Source of the DNA: Mustelus asterias
Lineage: Eukaryota
Assembly: GCF_964213995.1 (NCBI RefSeq)
Contig: NC_135801.1
Location: forward strand, 111,848,001-111,912,000
Direction of reading: 5' to 3'
DNA: 64,000 nucleotides
This document shows, one piece after another, positions 38,203 through 50,477 of this stretch (position 1 is its first letter; each line of letters begins with the position of its first letter). The notes under the pieces were generated by a model. The model did not search any database and was not told where the DNA came from. It was given only the letters and a program-made list of their open reading frames with translations. The translations under genes and the position numbers were made by a program.

Positions 38203-38897
38203 TCTTCCGACCAAAGAAGTTTAAATTATTCCCGGAACTTTCTAACGATAGGTCCAATTTGGAGACCAATACTGGATAGTATTTAATTGAAGGGTCATGT
38301 ATATGTTTGCAAAGAACTCAAGTGTCTTGTAGTATTCTAGATTATCAAAGTGTGACTTTATTGAATCATTTTCTTGAATATTACCTTCTTAGGGATGGGC
38401 AATAAATGCTGGTTTAGCCAGCACCTCCCACATCCCATGAAGGAATGAATAAATAAAAAATCATCTGAAGGGTATTTAGCAGGAATGTAAAGTCCTCAAG
38501 CTGCATTTATCGAGGGAATTTTCACAGTAACTTAATTGCAGTGTTAATGTAAGTCTACTTGTGACACAAATAAATAAATGAAAAAGATACCTTATCAGTT
38601 AGGACATATTCAATTCATTTTGATGGATAGAAGCTCAGGAGGCATTCACAGATACTGATTGGAATAAATAAATGAGGCAGCAGTTGTTGAATTCAGGGAG
38701 TACTGACAGTTCACAAACAATAGCATTGCCAGGTCACACACCTCAGAAAGCCAGGGCATGCATCCATTTTGAATTCTCTATTAGCCCAGCCATGTCTTTT
38801 CATTTGATTTAGTTTTCTTACATCAGTATCATTGAAGAGCTTTATAATGCTTTCTGAGTTTTCCACTCAAATCCATCACGTATTTTCTGGCTCTTAC

Positions 38898-39020
38898 CCC
38901 TTTTGTAATAGGGCCTGTAGATTGGAAGCATTCCTATTTCGCCAATCAGAATGAAGGCACAGCCACTTTCTGCGCTGTGTTTGGTTGTATTCTGACAATA
39001 TTTGAGTGACTGGTGGGCCT
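38898..39020 (-). CDS. CORIN: CORIN SRCR middle exon
   Basis: ttattgacag| ... |gtaag. GPPVTQILSEYNQTQRRKWLCLHSDWRNRNASNLQALLQK, equivalent to human RWLTLHSNW...LHELL. Phases fit. Confidence 0.9.
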
Positions 39021-39320
39021 CTGTCAATAAAACATACCAGAGTTGTTAAAACACGGGAGAATAAAAAACAAACTGACAACTTTACTATTTTGTTTAATGA
39101 TCATTTGACCTGGCCTTGCTTTTCTAATCATACACAGTGTGAACAAAAAAACTTGAAAATCTTTTATATAACGGTTACTCTGAATGAGTCTTTCCATTTG
39201 TCCAATTTTCTATAAAGTAGAAACTCCCTGACCAGCAACAACTCACTTTGATCAAAACAAATAATTATTGGGTGGTGAATAGGAGGCTTAACAAGGCTCC
39301 ATGGCCCTGACCTGCTTCTT

Positions 39321-39668
39321 TCATAGAATTCCTCCAGTGCAGAGGAAGGCCATTCAGCCCATCATGTCTGCACCGACTCTCTGACAGAGCATCTTACTCA
39401 GGTCCACCCTCTGCCCTATTCCAGTAACACCACATATTTACCCCGCTAAACCCCCTTTCCTTCACATCTTGAGACAGTAAGGGGCAATTTAGCACGGCCA
39501 ATCCACCTAACGTGCACTTCTTTGGACTGTGGGAGGAAACCAAAGCACTCAAAGGAAACTCATGCAGGCACAGGGAGAATGTGCAAACTTCACACAGTCA
39601 CCCAAGGCCGGAATCAAACCTGAGTCTCTGGCACTGGGAGACAGCAGTGCTAACCACCATGGCACCCC
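39321..39668 (-). mobile_element. HE1/V-SINE
   Basis: Reverse-complement full-length copy with CR1-type tail. Confidence 0.8.
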
Positions 39669-39752
39669 TTGGGCTGAATAATATGCTCACTCCCCTGGAA
39701 GTAGTGTCGGTATGGAGCTGACCTGTTCAATGCCAGCCCGCCCTGCAGCTAT

Positions 39753-40057
39753 GGGGCGGCACGGTGGCACAGTGGTTAGCACTGCTGCCTCACAGTGCCA
39801 GGAACCTGGGTTCGATTTCCGGCTTCGGTCACTGTCTGTGTGGAGTCTGCACGTTCTCCCCGTGTCTGCGTGGAGTTCCTCCAGGTGCTCTGGTTTCCTT
39901 CCACAGTCCGAAAGATATGCAGGTTAGGTGCATTGGCCATGCTAAATTCTCCCCCGGTGTACCCGAATAGGCACCGGAGTGTGGCAACTAGGGGATTTTC
40001 ACAATAGCTTTGTTGCAGTGTTAATGTAAGCCTACTTGTGACTAATAAATAAACTTT
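39753..40057 (+). mobile_element. V-SINE, alternative-tail variant
   Basis: ggggcggcacggtggcacagtggttagc head; tail gcagtgttaatgtaagcctacttgtgactaataaataaacttt. Confidence 0.85.
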
Positions 40058-43039
40058 ATTTTAATGTGCTGTGAGTGGGTCAATGTCTCTGACCAGCAGC
40101 TCCATCAGTCCCGGCAGCACAAAGAGTGCATCAGAGGCTGCTTCCAGGATTGCAACAAGAGGAAGAATGCCCATGGATCCCCGAACGGATCTTGGGCAGT
40201 GATGGTTTTGGCAGATCAAGGAGAGAGAGTTCTGTTTAAGTCTGCATGGGTTAGTAAGTGAAAGGCTTCATCATAGGTATGGGGTGAAAGTGGGAATATG
40301 GCATTGAAATAGAGGATCAGCCATGATCATATTGGTGGAGCAGGCTCAAAGGGCAGAATGGCCTACTCCTGTTCCTAGTTAATATGTTTCTATGATGCGC
40401 AAAGGCAGCCCTGATGCGCGAACCCTTCCCTTTCCTTCCCACCCTTTGATGAATGTAGTTTAAAAGAATCAGGCTGCCCACTCCCACCTGACTGCCTACC
40501 CTAAGCATTTTATGGCATTGGCAGTGTATTATCAGGGTCAACTGGCTTGGTAACAAGCCTGATTCACTCTTAGTTACCTATTTAAATATGGTAGGCAGAC
40601 TGCTGATTTATTATGGGGGTGAGTTTGGGGGTGGGTGCATAGGTAGTGGGGTGGGCACTCACCGGATTTTACATGCACCTTCACCCTGCCACCCACTCCC
40701 CACCCGCCCCCCCACCCCGCCCCCGCACCCCCTGCCAGAAACACTCAAAACAAGGAAATGTGAAATGCAGCCCCCTCCTCTTTTCCTAGAGTGTCATTTT
40801 TCCCAAGCAGTCCCAGTAAACAATTATCACACTCTAATCTGTCATAAAAGGTGGAATGATGTGCTCTTGTTAAGAGGTACTTGGCTAATTAGCAAGATTG
40901 CAGAATCACTGCATTTTCATTAACAGGAAAGTGGTGAGGCATATAATATCCAGTTGAAATGATTATTTTTGCATTTCTTTTAGTACAACTTTTTTTTTTT
41001 AAATGTCATCAATTTATTGTGCTTCCAATGAAGCCATTACAAGGGACATTCCAACAGGAAGAAAGACCACCAGCATCTTCAAGAGAGGGAAGATTGGTCC
41101 TCATTTCACAATCACCAGAATCCCCTCGGCTTTCCTTGAATAATTTTCTTTCCCATGTTACACTAATAGTATGAGAGGTCACACGACACCAGGTTATAAT
41201 CCAACAGGTTTATCTAAAATCACAAATCACTAATAGTAAATGTTGGTGTTGCATCAGCAAAAACAACTTCCAAGAATTACCAAAGGCCTTTCAATCATTT
41301 AAAGAGTTAAGAAGCATTTTTTAAATCTTCTTTTGATTGTGGAAACATTGGATCCTTTTCATTTAGGACATATCTAAGAAAAAAATATCGACTTTGCATT
41401 TCTTTTTTAGATGCCAAGTCAGGTTTTGGGCTGTGAGAAAACACTTCCACTTTGATATTGGTTGAGATGCTAACTTGTTAAACCTGGTAACTGTACAAAT
41501 TCTGAGCTTTCCCAGACAAGTTTCACTGGCACCAAGGAGCATTTAGGCATGATATTAGCTGCATCATGTATAGTATCAATAGCATAAATTGACAACTCTG
41601 CCATAGACTTACATTAATGGATGATGGTAAACTAAAACAAGCATACCTCCCTTTCCCAGGTCTGGATAATAAAGACTGCATAGACAAATCCAAAGTGAAA
41701 TTGCAACATTAGCTGCAAAGTGTTCTGTAAATGTCAGGATGCAACCTGTGAGCCGGGTAGGGAGTAGCGATTTATTAATCAGTAAAAGGGTGGCCTGCAA
41801 ATGACTGTATTTCAGAAAAATATACAGGCTTCCTTCATGGTTTCCAGATACAGGAGAAGGAGAAGGTTATCCATGACACAAATTGATAACAACATTTGAA
41901 ATGGACTGCAAAATACTCATTGAATTTTAAAATACTTTTGAAGAGTGATGACAAACAGTCCTTCTCCCAGGGTAAGGTTAGGATAGCTTAGCTATCTTCT
42001 ATTGGGCAAGCTCTGATTTAGAGGGTTGTCTTTTTAAGTAGTAGTACACTAATGTTAGGGCAACAACGTGGCCAACCTTAAATAGCGTGTTCCCTATTAC
42101 TGATAAGATTGTGTTGAAACAATATTTGTCGGCAGTACAGCAGGTCCTCTCCTTGTACAGAAAGAGAAATACCGGTCTTCTTAACAATGATTAAAATGAT
42201 CTTGATACAGAAATAGGGAATAACATTTGTTTCAGGATTAGTTGACAGATATTCACATAAGAAAAATTACCAATTACACAAGGTACTAAAAACCGGGTTG
42301 TACTACCAGACTCCAACAAACTTCAGCTCTTTCGAAACAGGAGAGAACAAAAAGAGAATGGGAGCTGGAGGGTAGGAGGTGGGGAGCCAGATGTACACAA
42401 CTAAATGTAGCAGACTGTGGAGACAATGTCCTGTGCTTGCTCATTCAGTACAGGTTCTAGAAACATTCTTCAAAGCTGCATTGCCCTCACTATCTATCAG
42501 TGTTAAAACATTCCTCCAAAACTTGGGTGCTTGCCCATCACTCCTTCAGAATGTTTTTATTGTTTGACAAATCCATCATAAATTGCAAGGTAATCTGTTT
42601 ACAGCTAGATAACACCCTCAACAAGCTCATGCTGCAACACATGATGTTTGAAAGTCAAAGTGAAGTCCTGGCACACGTCAGTCAGAGCTCAATAAGTACT
42701 TTCACCCAGTGCTCCTTCAAAGGCTTCTCATTTCTGCTTTCCCTACAGGGATTGATATTTGCTATTCTCACGTTGGACCCAGTGAGGGAATATTAATTTC
42801 AATTTCTGTATGGCTCCACAACTCAACTTTTCAGCATATTGTCAAAGTGGCCATTTTTTTTTAACCGCAAAGCAACTTTCAGTGAGTTCAAAAGATCCAT
42901 CATAAAGGAGCACTTATTATGTCAATCAACATATCTGGGTTAAACAGGTCAGATTACTGAGGATGAATTGCAAATGTATTTGAGTGCTGAAAGTGCCCCT
43001 TAGTCAAGAATCTCCAGTACTACAAGCTACTGACCTTAC

Positions 43040-43169
43040 CCTAAACCAATCTGCTTGCAGGCCAGCTGGCTGAGCTCTTCCTGCCAATCATCAGCACATA
43101 CATGATAGTCAGCGGTCGACCTGTGCACAACTAGGTGAGACAAGGAAGCTGCACCGTCCGACAGTGACA
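43040..43169 (-). CDS. CORIN: CORIN SRCR first exon
   Basis: tttgtttccag| ... |gtaag. (V)SLSDGAASLSHLVVHRSTADYHVCADDWQEELSQLACKQIGL(G). Confidence 0.94.
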
Positions 43170-44375
43170 CTGGAAACAAAGCAGAGACAACCATTTTGTT
43201 ATCATAGAATCATACAGTACTGAAGGAGGCCATTCAGCCCATAATGCATGTTCTGGCTCTTTGAAAGTACCAATACATAATCCTTCTTCTCAATAGCCCT
43301 GAAAAATATTTTCCCATCAAATATTTATCCAATTTCTTTTTTGAAAGTTACGATTGAATCTGTTTTCACTTTAGGTAGTTAATTCCAGATCATAACCACT
43401 TATTTTATAAACATTAATCTCATCTCCCCATTGATTATTTTGCCAATAATCTAAATCTGTGTCCTATGGTCACTGACCTAACTGCCCATGGAAACCATTT
43501 TCCTTCACATGCTCTTATCAAAATCCTTCATATTCTCGAATGCCACCATTGAACCTTCCTTTAGCTTTCTCCACCCGGAGAGCAATCCCAACTTCTCGAG
43601 TTTATTGTACTTAACGGTACATTCATAACTAACAATGAAGTTCCCTTGAACTTTTATTAAATTAATAAAACCACGTGTCGAATTTTATGCTGGCGATGGT
43701 GGGCTGGGAGGCGGGTGAGTAGAATTTCTCATAATGCCATGGGTGCCATTCCTGCATCTACCCGTTCGACCCTGACCCCAGCCTGCTGAAACGTGCCACG
43801 GGCAAGGCGTTGGTTGGCCCATATGTTGTTGAGCCAATTGATGTCCTTAAGTGGCCAATTAATAGATGCTTAAGGGCCTCATCCCGCCCCACCACAATTT
43901 TTGCCGTGGCAAGCGAAGGCTGGGGCCAGGTTTGCTGGGTTGAGAGAGCTACTGACGTTTTGACTGGTCGGCAAATCTCGAGGGCAGGACTTCCTCCCGA
44001 CATTTTCACTGAGTTGGTGGTGGGAACCCCGGCGAAATGTAAAGTCCTGCTTCAAAAGTTATATTCCTTTTCTCTTGAAAGGCAGTATCTTCAGGGGATT
44101 TAATTATAGCGACATCACACCCACGTCAAGCTCAGGGCCGACAAGCACTTTCTGCGGAGGGAGTTCCTGAACTGTCATCAGATGTGTAAGTTTTGGCTGA
44201 TCTTTTCTTCTTCATAAGACAGGATCATGTGATCAACAGCACCCAACAATGTCACATTGGCTGAAGTCAGCAAACAAAGCACAAAGTGGACTCTGAACTA
44301 AAGGCCTTCTTATTCTGTGTGGCCTAAATTCACACCAGGCAGAGAAGTTAACAAGGTATGCTTTACCATATGGAT

Positions 44376-44596
44376 AAAAACAAATTACTGCGGATGCTGG
44401 AATCTGAAATGAAAAGAGAAAATGCTGGAAAATCTCAGCAGGTCTGGCAGCGTCTGCAAGGAGAGAAAGGAGCTGACATTTCGAGTCCAGGTGACTTGAC
44501 TTGACAAAGGGTCATCTGGACTCAAAACATCAGCTCTTTTTTCTCCACCGATGCTGCCAGACCCGCTGAGATTTTTCAGCATTTTCCCATTTGGTT
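44376..44596 (-). mobile_element. Penelope-like family B palindromic end
   Basis: Inverted arms gaaaatgctggaaaatctcagcaggtctggcagc / gctgccagacccgctgagatttttcagcattttc, with the tail on the left. Confidence 0.7.
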
Positions 44597-45024
44597 TAAT
44601 GCTTTATCATATGTAGGTCTACCTGACAAGATCAGCTTCAAATACCTAACATTGGAATCTCGAATTCTGCACTGACATTTCTAATCTTAAGGGGCTGGAA
44701 ATATACAGAGAACAAGAATATTGCTTACTATTGTGGATTTAAGTGATTCCTAACCACCTAAAATTTTCTTCTTGCATTAAATAATGGAGAAAATATAATG
44801 TTGAACTAATTATTGGCAATTATTTCCCAGAAATTCAGAGTTACCCAATTTCAGTAGTTACAGTGCACCAGGTTAAGAAAGAGCAGTATCAATAATTAAA
44901 AGATCGTATAAAACACTGATAGCAGAGTCTTAATCCAAAATCTAGCAATCACTAATACTTGAAGCCTAGCCAATGAGCTAAGGTTCCTGTCCCAATCAAC
45001 CAGAGATTACTATGCAACACTCAC

Positions 45025-45135
45025 CACAGTTCCATTCATCTGAGCCATCAGGGCAATCTCTCCTCCCATCACACCAAACATGTTGGGACACACAAGCATG
45101 GTTGTTGCACACTATCTCATTATCTTTACAGGATG
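45025..45135 (-). CDS. CORIN: CORIN LDLR class A repeat 8 exon
   Basis: ctttccag| ... |gtgagt. [36 protein letters not shown]; six Cys and the SDE motif. Confidence 0.95.
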
Positions 45136-46303
45136 CTGGAAAGAGGAAAAGACAAGGAATCAGGAATAATTTTGTTGGCAGGCATAAAATACTCAGTCCT
45201 ATTTCTTGGCAGAGCAGAACAAATAAAAATTTAGAACAAAATAAGCCTAACTCACGAGAAAATCCATACTAGACTAGTGCTTCATTCAAAAATTCCTCCG
45301 GTATGACTGACTTGAAAAGAAAAGAAATAATTCCAAGTGTAAAAACAGATTTTAAATTTAAAAATATCCTGAGTTTTGTTTAATCAATTTGGTTCCCTTT
45401 TGAATTTTACAAATTTCAGATTTTTAATTCAAAACAAACTTTCTACGATGTCCACTTAAAAAAAAAATGTTCAAAGACATGGTGTCACACTGCTGTGAAG
45501 TATTCTGAACATTCCTCATAAGGTGCTGGTGTGTCCTCAGCGAGTGAGCTGGGTGAAAGATCAACAATCAGTCTTGCACTCCTGTCAGATATCTAAGAGT
45601 AGCGGCTCCTTTGAAAGTAAGTGGGTATGTACCTCTCACAGTGCGCAAGTGCTGGACTGTTGTCTCCATTGAGAAAATAACCTGAAGTTCTGAAAATTAT
45701 GTTCTAAGTCATTTTATTGTTTTTGGATGGATAGTTGATCACTATGAAAATGTGACATTAAAATAAATCACAACAGGACATGCCATTCAGCAACAAACTT
45801 CAATAGAACGAATGTAGATTTTCAAAATCCCAATAGTGTAAATGCAGTAAGCAGATGCTACACATTGAGAGGTGAATTATTGAAGGTAATTCATTCCTGA
45901 AAAAGAGTTCAGTCACACTTCTGTTTGTCACTAATGATTTATGGGCTCACTGCACAGTTCAAACAGCCCAGTAATTCACAGTTACCAGGGTAGCCTCTAT
46001 ATTCATATAATGGAAACTTTTGATTTTGTGTTGTGCACATGCTCCCAAATCCCTGGGTGATACGGTGTTGTTGTGGAGGAAGCACATTGCCAGAAAGCAT
46101 GATGCTAAGTAGTCTCAATGCATTGAGTAGCTGCAGAGATATAGTAATATTTACCAGCCAAGATATGTAGCTGCAACAAGTCTGGATCAGAAGGAAGGTT
46201 TTGAAAGCAGAGCATCACTAAACACTTTAGAAAAAAGACATGCGCTGAAGCAAAACAACTCAATTTGGCAACAGGAAAATAGAGAATGCCAGTAATGAAT
46301 TAC

Positions 46304-46417
46304 AGCAATTCTTTTCATCTGCTTTGTCAGTACAGTCCTGGAAACCATCACAGATCATTGTATGCTTGATACACGTCTTGTCAATCGGGCATTCCCAGAG
46401 GCCTCTCTCACTACAAC
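46304..46417 (-). CDS. CORIN: CORIN LDLR class A repeat 7 exon
   Basis: ttcttctcag| ... |gtaatt. [37 protein letters not shown]. Confidence 0.95.
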
Positions 46418-46920
46418 CTGAGAAGAAAAAGAAAAGAAGTCAAGAGCTTTAAAGAGGAAAAAGTAAATTGATTATCAATTGTTGTGGAAAATTAACAAAG
46501 AAAAGTAACAAATAAATCTGTTTGCATTATTATGCTTTACAAAGAATGTATACTGAATAATCATATTGTTATCTTCTCAGAAATGCGTCTTAAGATTTCC
46601 ATGCTCAAGATATTCCGAGGTCAAAATTAGTGTCCTGGCTAAGAGCTAGTGGTGTAATCTGATTGCAATGTGTCTATCAGATCACAGGATCTCTTCATAT
46701 CCTTCTATTGTTCTTAACTTTTGCTCACTACTCTTCCCCAGTTAGAGAATGACAGCAGAGATACCTGTCCTAATTTATCCCAGTACAGGAATATTCAAAT
46801 TCCTCAACATAACAAAACGTATTCAGTTCCACCTAAAGTCAAGGTGTGCAAACAACACAACTAACCCAAATCCTAATACAGTCCATAGTTTTGTTTATTG
46901 AAACCCACTGCTATTCTGAC

Positions 46921-47098
46921 AAATAGAAAGAGAATAGTAGAAGCATCTACCAGGTCAGACAGCATCTGTGGAGAGATAAACAAGTTCCTTTTTAGCTCAA
47001 TTATTTTTTCATTCCGTTTCCCTACCTCCAGCTGCTGCTTGACCTGCTGAGGCATTTTCTCTTTTTGTTGTGGCTTCCAGTATCCATAGTATTTTGCT
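46921..47098 (+). mobile_element. Degraded Penelope-like family B palindrome
   Basis: caggtcagacagcatctgtggagag ... gctgcttgacctgctga ... ttccagtatccatagtattttgc. Confidence 0.55.
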
Positions 47099-47382
47099 GC
47101 TGAATTTCTATTCTAAGGAATCCTTCCAGTCACATAAACTGGCTGTTTGACAGATAGTAAATCTTCCTGTAATGTTCTAAATATGAGGTTTGCAAATTAT
47201 GGTGTTTTAGGATTGTATCTTTTGGTTTTTAAGTTTGGGACTATAGCTTTAACTGTAGGATCATGTGACCTGCAGTGGAGCCTGCCTGACATTAAGTCTG
47301 GGTGGTTTAGTTGTTAGAGACCGGAAGAAGACTCACGTTGTGTAATGATTGGGATGTGCATGGTAATAAGGCTGAGAGACAA

Positions 47383-47594
47383 TGGGGAAGGTTTTACTGA
47401 GCCCCCTGCCGTGTGCTTCCCGGCAGTGGAAGAGACTCTCCATTGGCTGCCAGTGGGATTGGGATCTTCTGGTCCCGTTGATGTCGCCACCATTTTGCAT
47501 TGCTCGCCCATTCCACCACTAAGAAACCCATTGTGGGATCACCTTTTGCAGGACTGAAAGATCCCGCCAGTGGGAAGGGCTGGAAAATCCTGTC
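47383..47594. mobile_element. Short GC-rich MITE-like relic; related copies near 11800-11933, 48746-48957 and 49870-50043
   Basis: Shared internal motif ggatcttctggtcc / gg(a)c..gaagatccc and degenerate inverted termini. Confidence 0.5.
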
Positions 47595-50147
47595 GAATAT
47601 CAGCACTTTCTAAGTTTTCCGTGAGAAAACCTTGAGTGTTTCAAAGTTCCAGAACAGTGCTATAAGTATCAAGTTGTAAACAGTTGTGCTGTGAACTTCC
47701 CTTTTTATCTCTAAGATGGAAAGGAGTTGAGATAGAATCATAGAGATATACGGCATGGAAACAGGCCCTTTGGCCCAACTCGTCCATGCCAACTAGGTTT
47801 CCTAAACTGAACTAGTCCCATTTGCGTGCATTTGGCCCATATCCCTCTAAACCTTTTCTATCCATGTACCTGTCCAAATGTCTTTTAAATGTTATAATTG
47901 TACCCACCCCTACCACCTCCTCTGGCGGCTCATTCCATACACACACCACCCTCTGTGTGAAAAGGTTGCCCTCAGGTCCATTTCCAGGAAGCCATTATTG
48001 TCTCGCCAATTAAACTTTGATTGTGCCGTATCACTAATGTACCTTCATACACCACCACAGCCACAGCAATGCAGTATCTTATTCTTGCCATGTGTATTTC
48101 ACTGGGGCCAGGGGTTTTGTAGCCGAGGCCAATGGAGCAGAAACTGGGAAGTGTTGTGGGTGTTACAGGACGCACAATGTCAGCAAGTTAGAAATTACTG
48201 GTGCAAGTACAGTGTCAGGGTTAGCAACACAAACAACTGATTATTTTTATTGCAGATAACTGATTAGCATTTCTGCTTAAATACAAAGCTAATGTGATTC
48301 CTGTTGACATGGGGAAGAGGGTAGAGGGATCTATTTTTGAGATTAGGTTACAGGCTTCCCGAAAATCCATGAATATCACAGGGCTTTTTGCAGTTTTGCT
48401 TTGTGTGTTCTACTGCCATCTGAGATGCAAGATAGAAATACCAGGCTTGTACCCTCAGTAGAGAAAATGTCATCTCTATCATTCACTATGTAGAGCGTAG
48501 GTTGGAGCATAGAATTCAGATTGAAGATTGATGATCATTCAAAGGGAAATGTAAGATTTACCTAGCTTAGAGCCACAGGGATTTAAGCATGGTCCTCACA
48601 ATGAAAGACAATTCCAGAATTAGACGTTACTCTGCTGTGAAAGCAAAAAAGCAAGCCATTGGAGCTGTGTATGATGTTAGACTGGTTCTTTGAGGATGAA
48701 GCACCCATTTAAGGGACAATATAACATATAACTTAATGGGAGACTTTGGGTGAGATTCTGTGGCCTACCCTCAGTGTTTTTCTCAGAAGCAGGAGGTGGC
48801 AAGCCATTTGCAGGTGGCAGGATCTTCTGGTCCTACTACTGTCAATAAGAATTCCCATTGAAGCCACCTCACGACACCGGGAAACTCATGGCAGGGGGTG
48901 CGCCACCGGTGGGACTGAAGAATCCCGCCAGCGTGAGCAGCCAGAGAATTCTGGCCTTTAATTCATGCAATAGATTAATTGGGGATCTTTATTCTGTATT
49001 TTAAAGTATAAATGGCCTACAAAAAGAGAATAGTTTTTAGTCAGTAGTGTTCTTTTTCAGTTGGTATAGTAAAAGTTTAAAAATGTCAAACCTTGATGTG
49101 TCATTCTTCTTGTTAGTAGCTTTGAAAGAGAAATTCAAACTTCGAGTTAATAGTTTCTACAGGGACCAGAACAAGTGTCCTGTGGTAAAGTTAGCAGTGG
49201 TGGTCACAATTCTCATTCAAAACAGATATTTCTAAAATGTCGTTTAGCACGCAGCAATTTTATCAGGTAAAATTTCAAAACAATTTCTGTTTACATCATA
49301 GACAGCCATAATGATCAATTGTGGAGCCATCACTGCACAATGCAGCACTGAAACCAGTGAATGAGTAAACTGAGTCAAGAACAGAAATTCACCAAATATA
49401 AAATGTTTAGTCTGATGTTTAATAAAAGCACCTTTCTTTCCATACAGAGTAAAACATATCTCCTTGTGGTCATTGGTTTGAGTCTTTACAATAGATACCC
49501 AGAAATTAGAAGAGGTTTTCATTCTTCTCTTTCTGAGTAACTATTGGTATAACACTGCCAGAACCATCTGAAGTTTAAATTGCATTTTCAAATGGTTCTC
49601 ACGCAGGGCTTTTGCCCAGAGGAAATTGGCACTTCTAGGCAATTGCGGTGCAAAATCCTTACAATTGAAGTTCCGAAACGCGTTCCCCAGAGCATCTTTG
49701 GGGAAGCCTCCCTCAATCTGACGCTGGGGAGCTCGGAAGTTACGGCCCAATGTCTCCCCTCAGATCTTGAGGAAAGTTTCCTTTCATAACTGCACTTTCT
49801 GCATTAGAATTTAACACAGAAAGCTTTCAAAGTAACTTATCTTTCAATCTGTACTCATGTAAGAAACAATGGCCGGAACTTTCCGGTCCCTCACACCGGC
49901 AGCACAGCCCTGCCACGGGTTTCCTGGTGACAAGGGGTGCGTTCAACCCAGTTGACAACGGCAGGACCAGAAGATCCTGCCACCAGCCAGTGGCAGGCTG
50001 TCTCCGTGGAACACGTGGCGGCGGATTGAGTGGTAAATCCCGTCTAATGCCACCGTGCCACCAGAGAAGCACACACACTATATGCTGGCCAGACACCATG
50101 AAGTTACACTCTCTAAATTTTTGTGCCTTCACCCCCCCTCTTCCTTT

Positions 50148-50477
50148 ATAGAATCATAGAACCCCTACACTGCAGGAGGAGGCTATTTGGCCTCTCAAGC
50201 CTGCACCGACAACAAGCCCACCCAGGCCCTATCTCCATAACCCCATGTATATACCCCGTTAATCTCCCTGACACTAAGGGGCAATTTAGCATGGCCAATC
50301 GACCTAACCCGCACATCTTTGGACTGTGGGAGGAAACTGGAGCACCCAAAGGAAACCCATGCAGACATGGGGAGAATGTGCAAACTCCACACAGACAGTG
50401 ACCCAAGGCCGGAATTGAACCCAGGTTCCTGACGCTGTGAGGCAGCGGTGCTAACCACTATGCCACCGTGCTGCCCT
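50148..50477 (-). mobile_element. HE1/V-SINE
   Basis: Reverse-complement full-length copy. Confidence 0.85.
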
